Source of the DNA: Podarcis tiliguerta | Taxonomy: Eukaryota | Length of the DNA: 64,000 nucleotides | Assembly (NCBI GenBank): GCA_965153285.1 | Contig: OZ229113.1 | Strand: one strand, 5' to 3' | Part shown: positions 39,597 to 51,429 of the stretch, in pieces | How positions within the stretch are numbered: position 1 is the first letter of the stretch | How the letters are laid out: the number at the start of each line of letters is the position of its first letter | Notes under the pieces: generated by a model | Told to the model about the DNA's origin: nothing | The model's database searches: none | The model's input: the letters and a program-made list of their open reading frames with translations, nothing else | Translations under genes and position numbers: made by a program

Positions 39597-39857
39597 CAGG
39601 CATGTCCAACAGGTAGATCACTGGACGTTTGTGGTAGATCACTGGTAGACCACTGGCTCCACCTCAATGAAGCTCAACAAGTTTGGGTCCCCTAAAAAAG
39701 CTCAATATTTTTGCCCTGCACCCCCCCAAAAAGGGGCCTTCCTCCTTCCTAAAAAAAGCTCAATAACTTTGAACTGAACCCCCAAAAAGGGGGTAGATCA
39801 CTGCCAGTTTTTAACTCTGTGAGTAGATTGCAGTCTCTTGGGAGTTGGCCACCCCTG
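39597..39857. mobile_element. hAT-type MITE
   Basis: CAGGCATGTCCAAC / GTTGGCCACCCCTG imperfect TIRs. Perfect 8-bp TSD ACCTATAC. Confidence 0.85.
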
Positions 39858-41199
39858 ACCTATACTGACCCTGGGTACAAGCAGATCTATCCACTGGAAG
39901 ATCTGTCCTCCACATATTCATCTCATCCTTGCTGAAAGCCATTTATATTAACACTGCAGTATCCTTTGACAGCATGTTCAATAGTGTGATTGTGTGCTGT
40001 CTTGAGGCTGAAGGAGATAAGGGATTCACGCTCTCCTCTCAGCCTGAAAAATCCAGCAATTTGGAAATCTGTGTATTTAAAGAAGAACATACTGAGAAGG
40101 GCACATAAGTTCCTTGCCTCCTTCAGTCTCGAAACAACAGTGAGGTCAGAGTTTGATTCAATTTTTTAAAAAACCAAGCCTCACAGGCATTTTTCTATTC
40201 AGCTTTGAAATCAAACTTTCCCCCAAACAAAATCAATTCTGTATGTAGATTTCTCATTGTACGCTTAGATTTATGAAAGGTTCCCACCTTCTTTTTCAAT
40301 TTCATCTGAAACGTACATTACTTTTTAAAAAATCTAACTGATTTCCCCACTGCTACCAACATTTAATCATGCTCCAGATCCGATGCAATGAAACATTTGC
40401 CGTCTAGATATGCTAAACAAAGCAAGGTTTACTTGCCTTTGTCTTTTTAGTCACCTGCCCACCTTTCAGTCTCACTCAAGCAGTTGTGAGCGAACTAAAG
40501 GATACAGAAGATTAGCTGGCAAGGCATTTGGCCAGCACTGTCCTCTTTTGAAGAAAAAAAATTAGTTTTGCTTGTTGTATATGCCAGTCTCTTGCTCCAG
40601 GATCCATCTCTGCAAGGAAATCTTTTAATTACCTCTTCCCACCCCCCATTCCCCAAATGACAGCTTTCACCACTGGAGTTGAGTTCTTGGACATTAGCAA
40701 TTGAATAGGAAGCCTTCATACTGTATATCATTTTAATCTTTCATGTTTAAGTAAGCCAGATGGCTTATTATTATAAGCCCTGTTTAAAAAAGAGAGAGAA
40801 TGAGAAAAGAAAACCACACAAACTTTCTATCAGAGGATTTGTAAGATGATGGGGGGGGGGAGAGGAAGGAGGGGGATTTTGCATCACACAAAACAGCCTG
40901 AATTTTAATTGCACATCATAGTTTGGCAGTAATTTTCCCGTAATTACCATTCCTGCTAAATGAATGGGTGGATTAAATGGATAACTAAAATAGCATTGAA
41001 AGTTCCTAGCGTGCAGATTTGTCCTTAAAAGATGGAATAGCTAAGTAAAGTTGTCAGTTGCTTGTGTGTAATTCACAGAGCTTTGAACAGTTTTGTCTAG
41101 GCACAAAAAAAAAACCCTGCTTTGCTTTCCTTAAAGCATTGGTTGTATTCCCCCCCCCCCTCTCTAAAGCTAGCTTTGCTTCTTTCCTGCCAAATGCTC

Positions 41200-41720
41200 T
41201 TTATTATGCCGCATACAGAAGCTTTTGATTGATGAAGCTAAAATATGAAAGCTGTTTCATTTTTGCTTTGGATGGCATTCTGTAAATATCATGCAAGAGC
41301 CCAGCCAAGCTCTCCTGGCTTGAGGCCCAAATCTGCTGATATTATTTTTTTTTTGCTTGGGAACAGAGCTACTTACACAAATGGCCTATAAAAGTCAATG
41401 GGACTACTCAGATAAATTAAGCTCATGCAGCGCAAAAGTGTTAGCCGCACAGGGTCACGTGACTCTTGCAAATACACCATTACCATTGTAGCCGTTAGGC
41501 AACCGCAGTTAAATCATTTTTTAAATCCCTCGGGGCTATAGGTTATGTTATTGCTTAAACAAGTGTTGTGTTGCCCTGGCAAATCCTTGAGGTCCAGATT
41601 ATTTTTTAATTACATCTGGCCAAATATTATTAACTGGATCCTAAATGTTGCCATTTCCCAATTAGCATTAATCTCCAAGTAACATTATCTGTTAAAGCCC
41701 AGGGTTCTCCAAGACAAAAC
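41200..41720. promoter_or_regulatory. Candidate regulatory element (E-box, RFX, Pbx-Hox, TATA-like)
   Basis: TGATTGATGA 41226-41235, TATAAAAG 41387-41394, GTCACGTGAC 41454-41463, GTTAGGCAAC 41494-41503, GTTGCCCTGGCAAA 41570-41583. Local CpG retention. Confidence 0.45.
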
Positions 41721-43244
41721 TGTCATTGATCGCAGTGACATCAGGAATAGACAGGCAACACTTTAAATAAGGAGCAGATGGCAGCACAGCTCAGGTCCAA
41801 ATCATGATATTGTACATTCTATTAATAATAATGTGTGTGTTGCATTATTTTTTCCTATGGAGAACCATGCCATCATCTACTTAGATTCATGGAAGGGCCA
41901 ACTCTTCTTTTTTGCACAGTGAGAAGAACACACTGCTGATACAGAACACATTCAAAGCACCTGGCTATAGTTTTGTTAAGGGTGCCTGGAACTACAGTTA
42001 TTTTTTGGTGGGGGAGCCATGTGCTTTAAAATGTACCTTAAACCTATGGTGCAGATAGAGCCACTGATGAAATATTCATTTCTGCACTGAAGACAGAGAA
42101 GGTCTGTCTTGAATGGAATCTTGTTGAACCTCCTGCTACTGTTCTAGATCCAGGAATCAAGATGGTGACCCATGGCTTAGACATTCATCTTAGGGACATA
42201 GATAGTCACCTTATACCATTGGACCTTAGACCATTGTTCCATCTAGCTTGTGATTACTATGCTGACTGGCATTGGCTCTCTCACATTCTTTCCCAGCTGA
42301 ACCCAGTGACACCAAACTTTTCTTTATGCATCTCAGATATGTCAGGATTGGGTCTGAAGTGGGAAAAGCACTCTGCATATGGGCAAAAGTGCTCTCTTTG
42401 TTACTGCCTCACATGTTCCACCTCTAAGCTCATACAGTGTCCTGTCCTCTCTGTGTTAGAACATTTTCACCAGGGAAAAGATAACTGCTTTAATTAATTA
42501 TGTTTATAGTTAATGTGATGCAGAGAGGGGCTGTTTAAAAACTGAGTTTATATTTTTAGCATTGATGCTTTCCCTACTAATAGGGCAAATGCAAAACAAA
42601 AAACTGCGGTGTCCCATGCATCTTTACTCAGAGGTAAGCCGCACTGTGTTCAGTGGGGCTTATTCCTTAGAGGGTAAAGGGGGGGGGGGAGGTTTAAGAT
42701 TTCAGCCTACGTAGATGCCACTTGTGAAAATGGTCTTACTGTCACATGATGATCCATGCACAGGTGTGCAAGATGGGCACACACATGCACAGAACCTAAC
42801 ACAAATGGAGTCACTCATAACAGTAAGAGCCACATGACAGTAAGAAAGTACAAGAAACCTACTTACGAAATCAAGCAGGGCTGACCCTGAAAAAATACAG
42901 GGACGGGAAAACACCCAGGGACATCTGAATGCCACTCTGAGCTCATTGTGGGAAAAGTGGCACAAGGAATGCAATAACTAGATAAGGTTATTGATCCTCA
43001 AAATGGGGGGAAATGCATCAGAAATACAAGCAAGTTCCTTTGCGTAGCTACATTTTCCACAGCTAGCTGGTGCTCCAGGCTCCAGCTGATGCTTTAAATA
43101 ATATTTAATTTAAAACATTTTAATGCCCTTTCCACAACGCAGCCTGCAAAATGAAATAAGGATGAACGCCACAAATCTAAATCAAATGCAGAAGCAAATT
43201 CGTGATTATATCATTAATAATAAAATCACAGAAAGATATTACAG

Positions 43245-43735
43245 TCTGAAAGCCCAGCACCGGCTGCCAGTACATTACTGAGGAAAGTTCAGGGTATTGC
43301 TGTTAGTGTGCAAAGCCCAGAATGGCTTTAGACCATGTTGCCTGAAGGACCATCTTGTCCCTTTTATGCTGGCCCAGATCCTTGCAATCATCAGGAGAAG
43401 CCCTCCTGACTGCCCCACAATCAACTTATCTTTGTTTAGTTTCTGTGTGGACTTTTATCATAGTGGCAGCAGTCATTCGGAAGACTTTGGCTATGGAAAT
43501 CAGACAGGCACCTCCAATCCTGATATTTCCCTGGCTGCTGAAATTGCGTTTGTTTCACCAATGTTTTTATTTTTTTATTTTAAGAGAATGTAAGAGAATC
43601 TGATTCAATGTTGGTCATATGTTCTGTATTTTATGGTTTTATAATTTTATGGTTTTGCAGTACACCACGTTGATACTTTTAAAGGAGTTGGTGGTTTATA
43701 AATGTTCTTATAAATACAATTAAACAGATAAATAA
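43245..43735 (+). mobile_element. Old, degenerate L2 3' fragment
   Basis: Remnant ORF2 motifs (LLLV.KA.NG..P..LKD.L.P, L.SSGEALL.AP, LKL.LF) and an AATAAA-type tail. Confidence 0.55.
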
Positions 43736-46189
43736 ATTCCCCTTCCCCAACAGTAGAAATGGAAGGAAGGGAAAGCTACTAAAGAGAAAATACTTGCAAT
43801 GGAAGCCTATACGTGCCTACTCAGATTATGCCCCACAGCAGTGGAGTGGCTATCAGGTAAGTGGGGCTCTTATTGCACCACTTCCACCTACCCGAGAGTA
43901 GGCCCTATGGGGTTGACATCTGTGAGTCGATAGGCATAGACTTAAGCGGCAATAGTAGCTTCAAATGATTTTCTAGATGATACATTTTGTGCAGCTCCCT
44001 GAGATCCCCTGGGATGAAGGGCAGTCTAGAAAAACAAACAGGAAACATAAATTTTGCTTTTCGTTCTTTCCTGAGAAACAAACCCAATATTGTGGTGGTC
44101 AGTAACATTTTATTATCCTGTTGATACCAATGTGTTCAATAGGGCTTACTTATTCCCAGATAAGTGTGCATAGGATTGCAGCCTAATCAAATAATATTTG
44201 TATGATTAATCAGCTAAGAAATCTTCAATTGGGTGACAGCCCTGTTTAGTATTAGCATAATTTGGATGTTTTAAAATTGCCGTAATTGTTTTGCAGAATT
44301 TGGACACAAAATATGGTTTATATTTTGCACAAGAGAATACCTGAATTGCATATGTTATGAGTGGTGCTAGTTTCCAGAGACTTATATCTGATACTGTCTA
44401 TATATTTGTTCCCTAAGCTCATAAATGTGTATGTGGTAGGTATATTTGTACATTGCGTGTACAATTTAAGCACCCTCATATTAAAAACAGAGCAAAACTC
44501 CCTGTTCTTAATGATTTTAATAAGAATTGCAGATGTTATCAGCTGCCTCTAGTCTTGAATGGGGTTTAAGAGTATAAACTGACCCTCAGTCCCTTATCCC
44601 AATTAAGAAAGAATTTAGATCGCTCCTACAGATGGTGGCGAGTGAGATACGACAGGGTAAAGTGAAGCTTATTACTCTATCTCTGGGAACAATGACATTA
44701 TCATACCAATCAGTTCCAGTCGTGTTACTTCCAGACAGGAGCGTGAGGATTTTGCAGTTATCTTCCTGAAGAGGCAAGACCCTTGTAAACCAGTTGAGTA
44801 AACTGGTTCTTCTGCCTTTGCCTTGTCATATCATATCATACTGCAATTAGAGGTAAGGCTGACGAAACAGGGCTGTCTTTGCAGTGACGTTTGAAGGCTC
44901 TGTGACTGAAATGGCATGAATGCACATAAAATTGTTTTCATTTCATGTCCTTAATTTTGCTCAGTTTATTTCAGAGGCATTAAAAATACAACGGGTCTCT
45001 TTTCTAAAATGTAGTCTTCGTTTCTGAAAGCAGATGGCATAGCCACAGCAATGTGGAACGCCCATTTAAAAATCGATCCGGGAGGACGCAATACACCAGC
45101 AGCAATCTCCAGACATGGGTTTGTTCTTAATTCCATAACATCCAGTTCACATCATTTTCTGTAGGATGCGCTGCCTGTGCAATCTGCACCATGATGCATG
45201 TCCTCCTGTATTGCAGTGGATGCAATTGCTACCAAGGCGCAGTAATCCAGAGAAAGTTAATAGTGCTATTGAAATTTATGGAATCTAATCACATAGCTAA
45301 GCACTTCAGTCATGTTGATTTCAATGGGACAATGTGCACTGATCTTTCTGTGAACTGCTCCCATGCAATGTTCTTATTATTCTCCGCCTCTTAATTGAAA
45401 AGCTTTGTGTCTGAGTTTTCATTCCATGATATAAAAGTATAGTAAAATAGACAGTTGGCATCTTGGTCTGGGTCCATATCTCCTTGTGCTTGGGAGGCTG
45501 TTCCTAAGACAGTACAGGTATCCCACCCAAGGCACAGGAGATATTGCCCATGATATCAGACATCCATTCTCCTGCTGATCTTGCAGTATGATGCATTCCA
45601 TCATCTGCCAACCCTTCTGCATCCTACAAAGAACAAACTGACCACAACAGAATAAATGGCATAAATCTGAAACCAGAAGTGGAAATATTCAAAAACCCAT
45701 GGAGGGACCTTCCAACCTCTAAGAATATTCTAAGAATGACCTTAAGGTGGCCAATGTGAAACCACTGGATTACTATTCATCAAGAGGTTCATTGCTACCA
45801 CTTATGGATTTAATCATTTGTGTGATGAACAAGCACATGTCAACCTATCAAATTACCCTTATTTAGATTATGATGGCACTGAAAGCAATGGATTACCCCC
45901 CCCCCAAAAATAGTAATTTAAAATGGATATTAAAGTCAAGGGGGCTTAGAATGAAAGAAAACCCCTGCTGGGTCTGAAGAAAGGTTCACCTAGTTCAGCA
46001 TCCTGTTCTCACAGTGGCCAATCAGATGCCCACAGGAAGCCTCTAAGCAAGATAGGAGGGCAGCAGGGCTTTTCCCAATTGTGATTCCCAGCAACTAGTA
46101 TTTCGATACTAGAGGTGGCACAGAACCATCAAAGTGTGTGGTGAAAGCATGTTAAGGGTAGAAAAGAGCAAATGTGGCTTGTTTGTGTT

Positions 46190-46394
46190 TTTCTCGGTAG
46201 TAGCACCCACCCTGTGGAACACCCTCCCATCAGACGTCAAGGAGATAAGTAACTATATAATCTTTAGGAGACATCTGAAGGCAGACCTGTATAGGGAAGC
46301 TTTTTACTGTGTAATGTTTTATTATGATGTTGTGTATATTGGAAGCTGCCCAGAGTAGCTGGGGCTGTCCAGTCAGATGGGTGGGGTACAATTA

Positions 46395-46434
<40 letters not shown>
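46190..46434 (+). mobile_element. L2 LINE 3' fragment with (TTA)n tail
   Basis: Encodes FSVVAPTLWNTLPSDVKEISNY..FRRHLKA. 3' UTR GGAAGCTGCCCAGAG...CAGATGGG. Confidence 0.85.
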
Positions 46435-46435
<1 letters not shown>

Positions 46436-48359
46436 CCCTTCTGCATTGTTTCCCTCATTTCCTTTGCACTTTTATAGCTGCTTCTTGTTAATATTCATCT
46501 GCCCAATTACTTATTCCTGATTTCTCCACGTACATTTAGTGTTATTTTTAAAGCAGGCAATGATGATATGTGGAATTAGTAATATAGTTGGTGAGAGTGT
46601 GTTTAATTCAAGTTATCTTTAGAACAGACCTTTCCCTATACTGAGAGAAACATGGCATTCGCAGATTTATTCCTGTATGCAATGTATTTATTGATAGATT
46701 ACTAAACATTTAGTAGCAGTAATAGAAGTTTGTACATTGAAGAGATTGCACAAAATGGTTGCTTCCATCTCTGTGTGCGTTTTTGGAGTCTCTCTGTCCA
46801 CTGGCGGTAAAATGAAAATAACCAAGATCAGGCATCAAGGAGAACAGTTAGGTACTAATTATACGCAGATAAAATATTCCTGTTCTTGAGTGGTAGAGTT
46901 TGACAAGAAAATGGAATCTTCATGGGGAGGAGGGGCGATCTGTAAAGCTGAATGAATAGACTTAAGTAAATATTCAATACATGCTGAGGAAGTTACATTA
47001 TTGGCCACCATTCTTAAACCTACCCATGCCAAACTCATCATGGTATTACAGAGTAACTTCAACAGAAGATAGGTGCAACAGTTGGCTGCAGAAAAGGGGG
47101 GGGGGAGCAGTAAAAATAACCGAAATATTTGAAGGAAGAAATAATTTTCAAACATTGTGGTGCAGCCATTTGACCCTGACACCCATTACTTCCAAACAAA
47201 TGTGACAGTATGAATCAACTGCAGTTTTGTTGCTAATAGACTTGATTAATGCTGAGAAAAAATAATATACATGGTATCCTCAACGGGTGTATAACTACCA
47301 TCTTAAATGGAGTTTCCTGATATTTTAAATGAAAGTTGTAGTTTCTTTTGGCAGCCGCTGCAGCACATAACTAACGTTTCATATTACACACAAGAATTAT
47401 TTTTGGTGCCATTCTTAATGTGAAACTTTTTTTTTTTTTTGCTTTTGCTAAAAAAGATGTAATTGCAACACTTAAATATGATCATTATTAGTATAAAAAA
47501 AATAAATAGAATAAAAACTTCTGGACTAGAGTTGAAAAGAGTAAACTTCTTGGCTGTTTCCTCTATTACAGCCAATGTCTTTTTATTGTCTGTTTTCATC
47601 TCCATTTTACTTTATCTGCGAAACTACTTTGCATTTCAAGACATTTCCACTCACCTTGAGTTCTTGGTTCAAAAAGAAACAATAAAGTTTAATCTTTTCA
47701 CTTGACAATGATGTATGGGTTTGTTGAAAAACACTTTTCAGGTATTATCATTTAAAAAAGTCCCTCTCTCTTTTTAGTTTGTCTTCCCCTTTCGATACAG
47801 AGACAAATATAAGATGCAATGCACATAGAAGGGGTTTATCAAGAGTTGAATTAATACTAATTAGAAATTAAATCCACCCGAATGCCCCTTCTAAGAGCAC
47901 TTCAGCAAAATCCTTTTCTAGGCTTGGTTATTTTTTTGTAGGCACAGAGCTTTCTAATAATCCTACTTGTGCTTAATTATTTTAAGCACCAGATTTGAGA
48001 TCCTATTTTTCCACATGACAGACCATTGGTCAGGGAACTTGTACCACTTTGCAAATAAAAAGCTTCCAATGACAATCCCCTTTTCTTTGCTTATTAACCA
48101 TGGTATATTCAAAGGTTGCTTTCTCGACAGTAGTGGTCCTTTATAGCCAGGTATGAGCGTTCACTCACATATAATTTACATATCGTTTTGGGACTTCCTC
48201 CCCTACCTTTCCACAGAGACAACAAGAACTGCAACACCTAGAGAGAACATGGCGTGCTTCCAGATGGAAGTTTATTGTGGTGTTGCACATGCACATAAGT
48301 TATCTGTAGAGTCCACACAGCATCATTATTTCTATTTTCCATGAATATTTGAACCACTT

Positions 48360-48471
48360 AATCTCAGGGTTGTGAGTTTGAGCCCTATGTTGGGCAAAAG
48401 ATTGCTGCATTGCAGGGAACTGAACTCGATGACTTGTGTGGTCCCTTCCAACTCTACAGTTCTATGATTCT
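48360..48471 (+). mobile_element. Short tRNA-derived SINE with CR1 3' end (Squam3-like)
   Basis: Ends in GGTCCCTTCCAACTCTACAGTTCTATGATTCT, the canonical CR1 terminus. Degenerate B box GAGTTTGAGCCC. Confidence 0.7.
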
Positions 48472-48699
48472 TTGTGCACCACTTTTTTGATTAAGTGGTA
48501 TATAAATCTTGTTGAATAAATACAATATATATATATAATGTAATCAAAATGCCAGCTCCCACTTTTTTTTTTACATTGAATCTGGATTTCCCCTTCAGGT
48601 CCCCCCCCCCCCCCAGAAAGTGCAGCTAATGGGTTCCTGTTGTATCTCAACAGGACTGCTGTTCTACAGGGCAGGGGTAGCCAACTTAAATGATATTCT

Positions 48700-49150
48700 T
48701 TTTTTTTATAAAAAAAATAATTTTTATTGATTTTTCCATGTATACTTCTTCTAATGAAATATCTTTAATGATTTTTCATATTGTCCACCCTCCTCCCCTG
48801 GATTTCCCCCATACCTCCATTTTGTTTTAGTTCCATATTGTTCACCCTGCGTATTGTTCCCCCCAAATTTTCTCAATACATATAGTCATATTTTTTGTTG
48901 TATACAGTTGTGATTGTTTACCCAGGCCCCGCCAATGAGTCCATTTCTTTATGTTGCCTCTTCATATATGTTGCAAATTTCCCATTCTCTTTTAAAGTCT
49001 TTGTTGTCCTTTTCATGTAATTTTTCTGTTAGTTTTGCCAGTTCTTCATATTCCATAAGTTTCCTTTGCCATTGTTCTTTCATCGGTATTTCTTCTGTCT
49101 TCCAAGTTTGTGCTAATATAATTCTTGCCGCTGTTGTTGCATACCTTAAA
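48700..49150 (-). mobile_element. L1-clade LINE 3' fragment
   Basis: Encodes YATTAARIILAQTWKTEEIPMKEQWQRKLMEY.ELAKLT, homologous to 22655-23252. Poly-T on the plus strand marks the tail. Confidence 0.8.
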
Positions 49151-49190
49151 TGATGTTCTAACACTGAGCAGTGAATCATCCCTGCATCAT

Positions 49191-49388
49191 TTAGGAACAC
49201 AGGGTGCTGCCTTGTGCCAAGTCAGACCAACGGTCAATCTAGTTCAATATTGTCTACTCAGACTGGCAGCAGCTCCCTAGGGTTTCAGGCAGAAAACTTT
49301 TCCAGCCCCACCTGGAGATGCCTGGGATTGAACCTGGGACCTTCTGCATGCGAAGCAGGTGTTCTGCCACTGAGCTATGGCCCTTCTT
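49191..49388 (-). mobile_element. tRNA-derived squamate SINE with CR1-like tail
   Basis: On the minus strand, A box TAGCTCAGTGG and B box GGTTCAATCCC. Related copies at 50840-51003 and ~1405-1550. Confidence 0.8.
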
Positions 49389-50839
49389 CCCTTGTACCAA
49401 CTGCAGCACCTGCCTATCACCCAGTGGGCAACCTCAGCACACAGGCACATTATCCAGGGCACAATAACCAGCCATGTTTGATGCAGGTACTACGATGAAT
49501 ATAAACTCTCGCAGCATTTCATACTGGCCCATTACCTCCAACCAAATCTTTAGACCATAGCTGTGGTTCTTTCCCCCTGGAAAACAGCGTGTCTCGAATC
49601 CCATTGGGTGATGCGGAGTCAAAGCTTTAAATTAATCAGGCTGGTCATATAGCTTGCATTGGAACAAAAAGTTATTTAACTTGTTGTGTCTTTCTTTGAG
49701 CTTAGGAAAGAATGCATAAAATGTATGATTTGTTCTGCAGGAGCACAGCACAGAAGTGGCCGCCAATGCAAACAGACTGCCTCGCTGAATAAATGAAGAC
49801 CGCTTGACTGATAATAAAAAAAGTTTTGGGTGGTATTTCTCACTGGAAAACTGGTGTCTGAATTTATAACATATATAATTCAGTTTCCAAATAGCTACCA
49901 AGCCTTGGTAGGTCCCTTAATGAGGAGAAAAATACTATTTCAGCGGAAGGCTTTCCAACCTTTTCTAAAACTTTTTTTTCTTTTCGGTTATGTAAAGTTA
50001 AACAGCTGAAGCATGAGACCAGTTTTCTGACATGGATTAATTTCCTCAAGGAAGTAAAGCAAGCAAGGGCATTCCAATGCAGCCAACTGACATTGTGACC
50101 AATTTTTAAACTGCTTTCCGCTATACCCTTTGCTGGAAAAGGATGAAGAAAATGAGGGTGAGTGTGGATTATTAGGATTTAATAATCGACCTATTACAAG
50201 ATACATTTTATTCCTAGGATTTCCATGCCCCGCCCCCAAACCAGAATGATTAGTGAATTTACCATTTCACTTTTGTGGTGCATTCCATTCTATTCAAGAG
50301 TCAGGCCAAAATTCTCCACCGGTGTTCAGAAACACTTTGGAAATTATTTCCACATGTCCAGGAGTCAGTCGTAATGATGACCGCTAATACCAATCCTTTT
50401 GTTACAGTATTAAACTCAAAAATAGACCACTGTTGTCTTTGATTAACATAAGCAGAGTAAAGAACAAAGACGTACCACTAGCATCGTGACAGTTTTATGG
50501 CTGCCATGTGAAGAAAAACGTATGCTTATTAGCATTGAAAATATAAAACATTCCTTGTTTTAGCTGGCTGTTAAAGTGTTATGATCTTCTCTCTCTGCTT
50601 CAGAACCTCAAAACCACAGACAAGTTACCTATTTCCTGCTCTGCACATCTGGGGAACTTGGTAGATAAAGAAATTCAAAAACCCGGGGCACTGGACCAAA
50701 CAGAAGGTCATTACAGATCTTCCCATGTGGTCTCAGCACTCTGGCCTGCCATACTTTAGTCTTTGACTATATTTATTAGCTGTCCCACAACAAAAAGTTC
50801 TCAAAGAACACATTTAACACAGACGTATACAGAAATACT

Positions 50840-51003
50840 TAGGAACACAATAAGCTGCCTTAGACAAAGTCAGATGACCGTTGGGTCCATCTAGCCCAGT
50901 TTTGACTGGCAGATTTCCAGGACTTCAGCCCTATCTGGAGATGCTGGGGTTGAACTGGGCACCTTCCACATGTTCAGCGGGCGCTTGACCACTGAGCTAC
51001 AGC
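50840..51003 (-). mobile_element. tRNA-derived SINE, same family as 49191-49388
   Basis: Shared AGGAACA...AAGCTGCCTT...AGTCAGA...CTGGAGATGC...CCACTGAGCTA. Confidence 0.7.
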
Positions 51004-51129
51004 TCAGTGTAGTAAGATATCCTCTAAGGCATATCCAGTAGCTCTTCATGCATCAGCACTAGCAGGTGAGAGGTGTGATAGGGCCACCTGCTCTAACAGG
51101 GTTGCAAAATGGACACCATGAACTGTGTA

Positions 51130-51429
51130 CAGTGGTACCTCGGGTTAAGTACTTAATTCGTTCCAGAGGTCCGTTCTTAACCTGAAACTGTTCTTAACCT
51201 GAAGCACCACTTTAGCTAATGGGGCCTCCTGCTGCTGCCGCACCACCAGAGCCCGATTTTTGTTCTTAGCCTGAAGCAAAGTTCTTAACCTGAAGCACTA
51301 TTTCTGGGGAGGCGTTGCCAGGGGATCAGTTAGGTAAGGGGAGGAACCGCCCTGCCCACACAACAGAACTCCTCAACAATTAGTTGAGGCGTACGTAACC
51401 TGAAGCATATGTAACCCGAGGTACCACTG
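51130..51429. mobile_element. Tc1/mariner-type MITE with a foreign 79-bp insert
   Basis: TIRs CAGTGGTACCTCGGGTTA / TAACCCGAGGTACCACTG, TA TSD, internal TAACCTGAAGC repeats. Confidence 0.9.

Noticed and set aside
49320-49388. tRNA gene
   Set aside because: The A and B boxes belong to a SINE head that continues into a SINE body. There is no complete cloverleaf.
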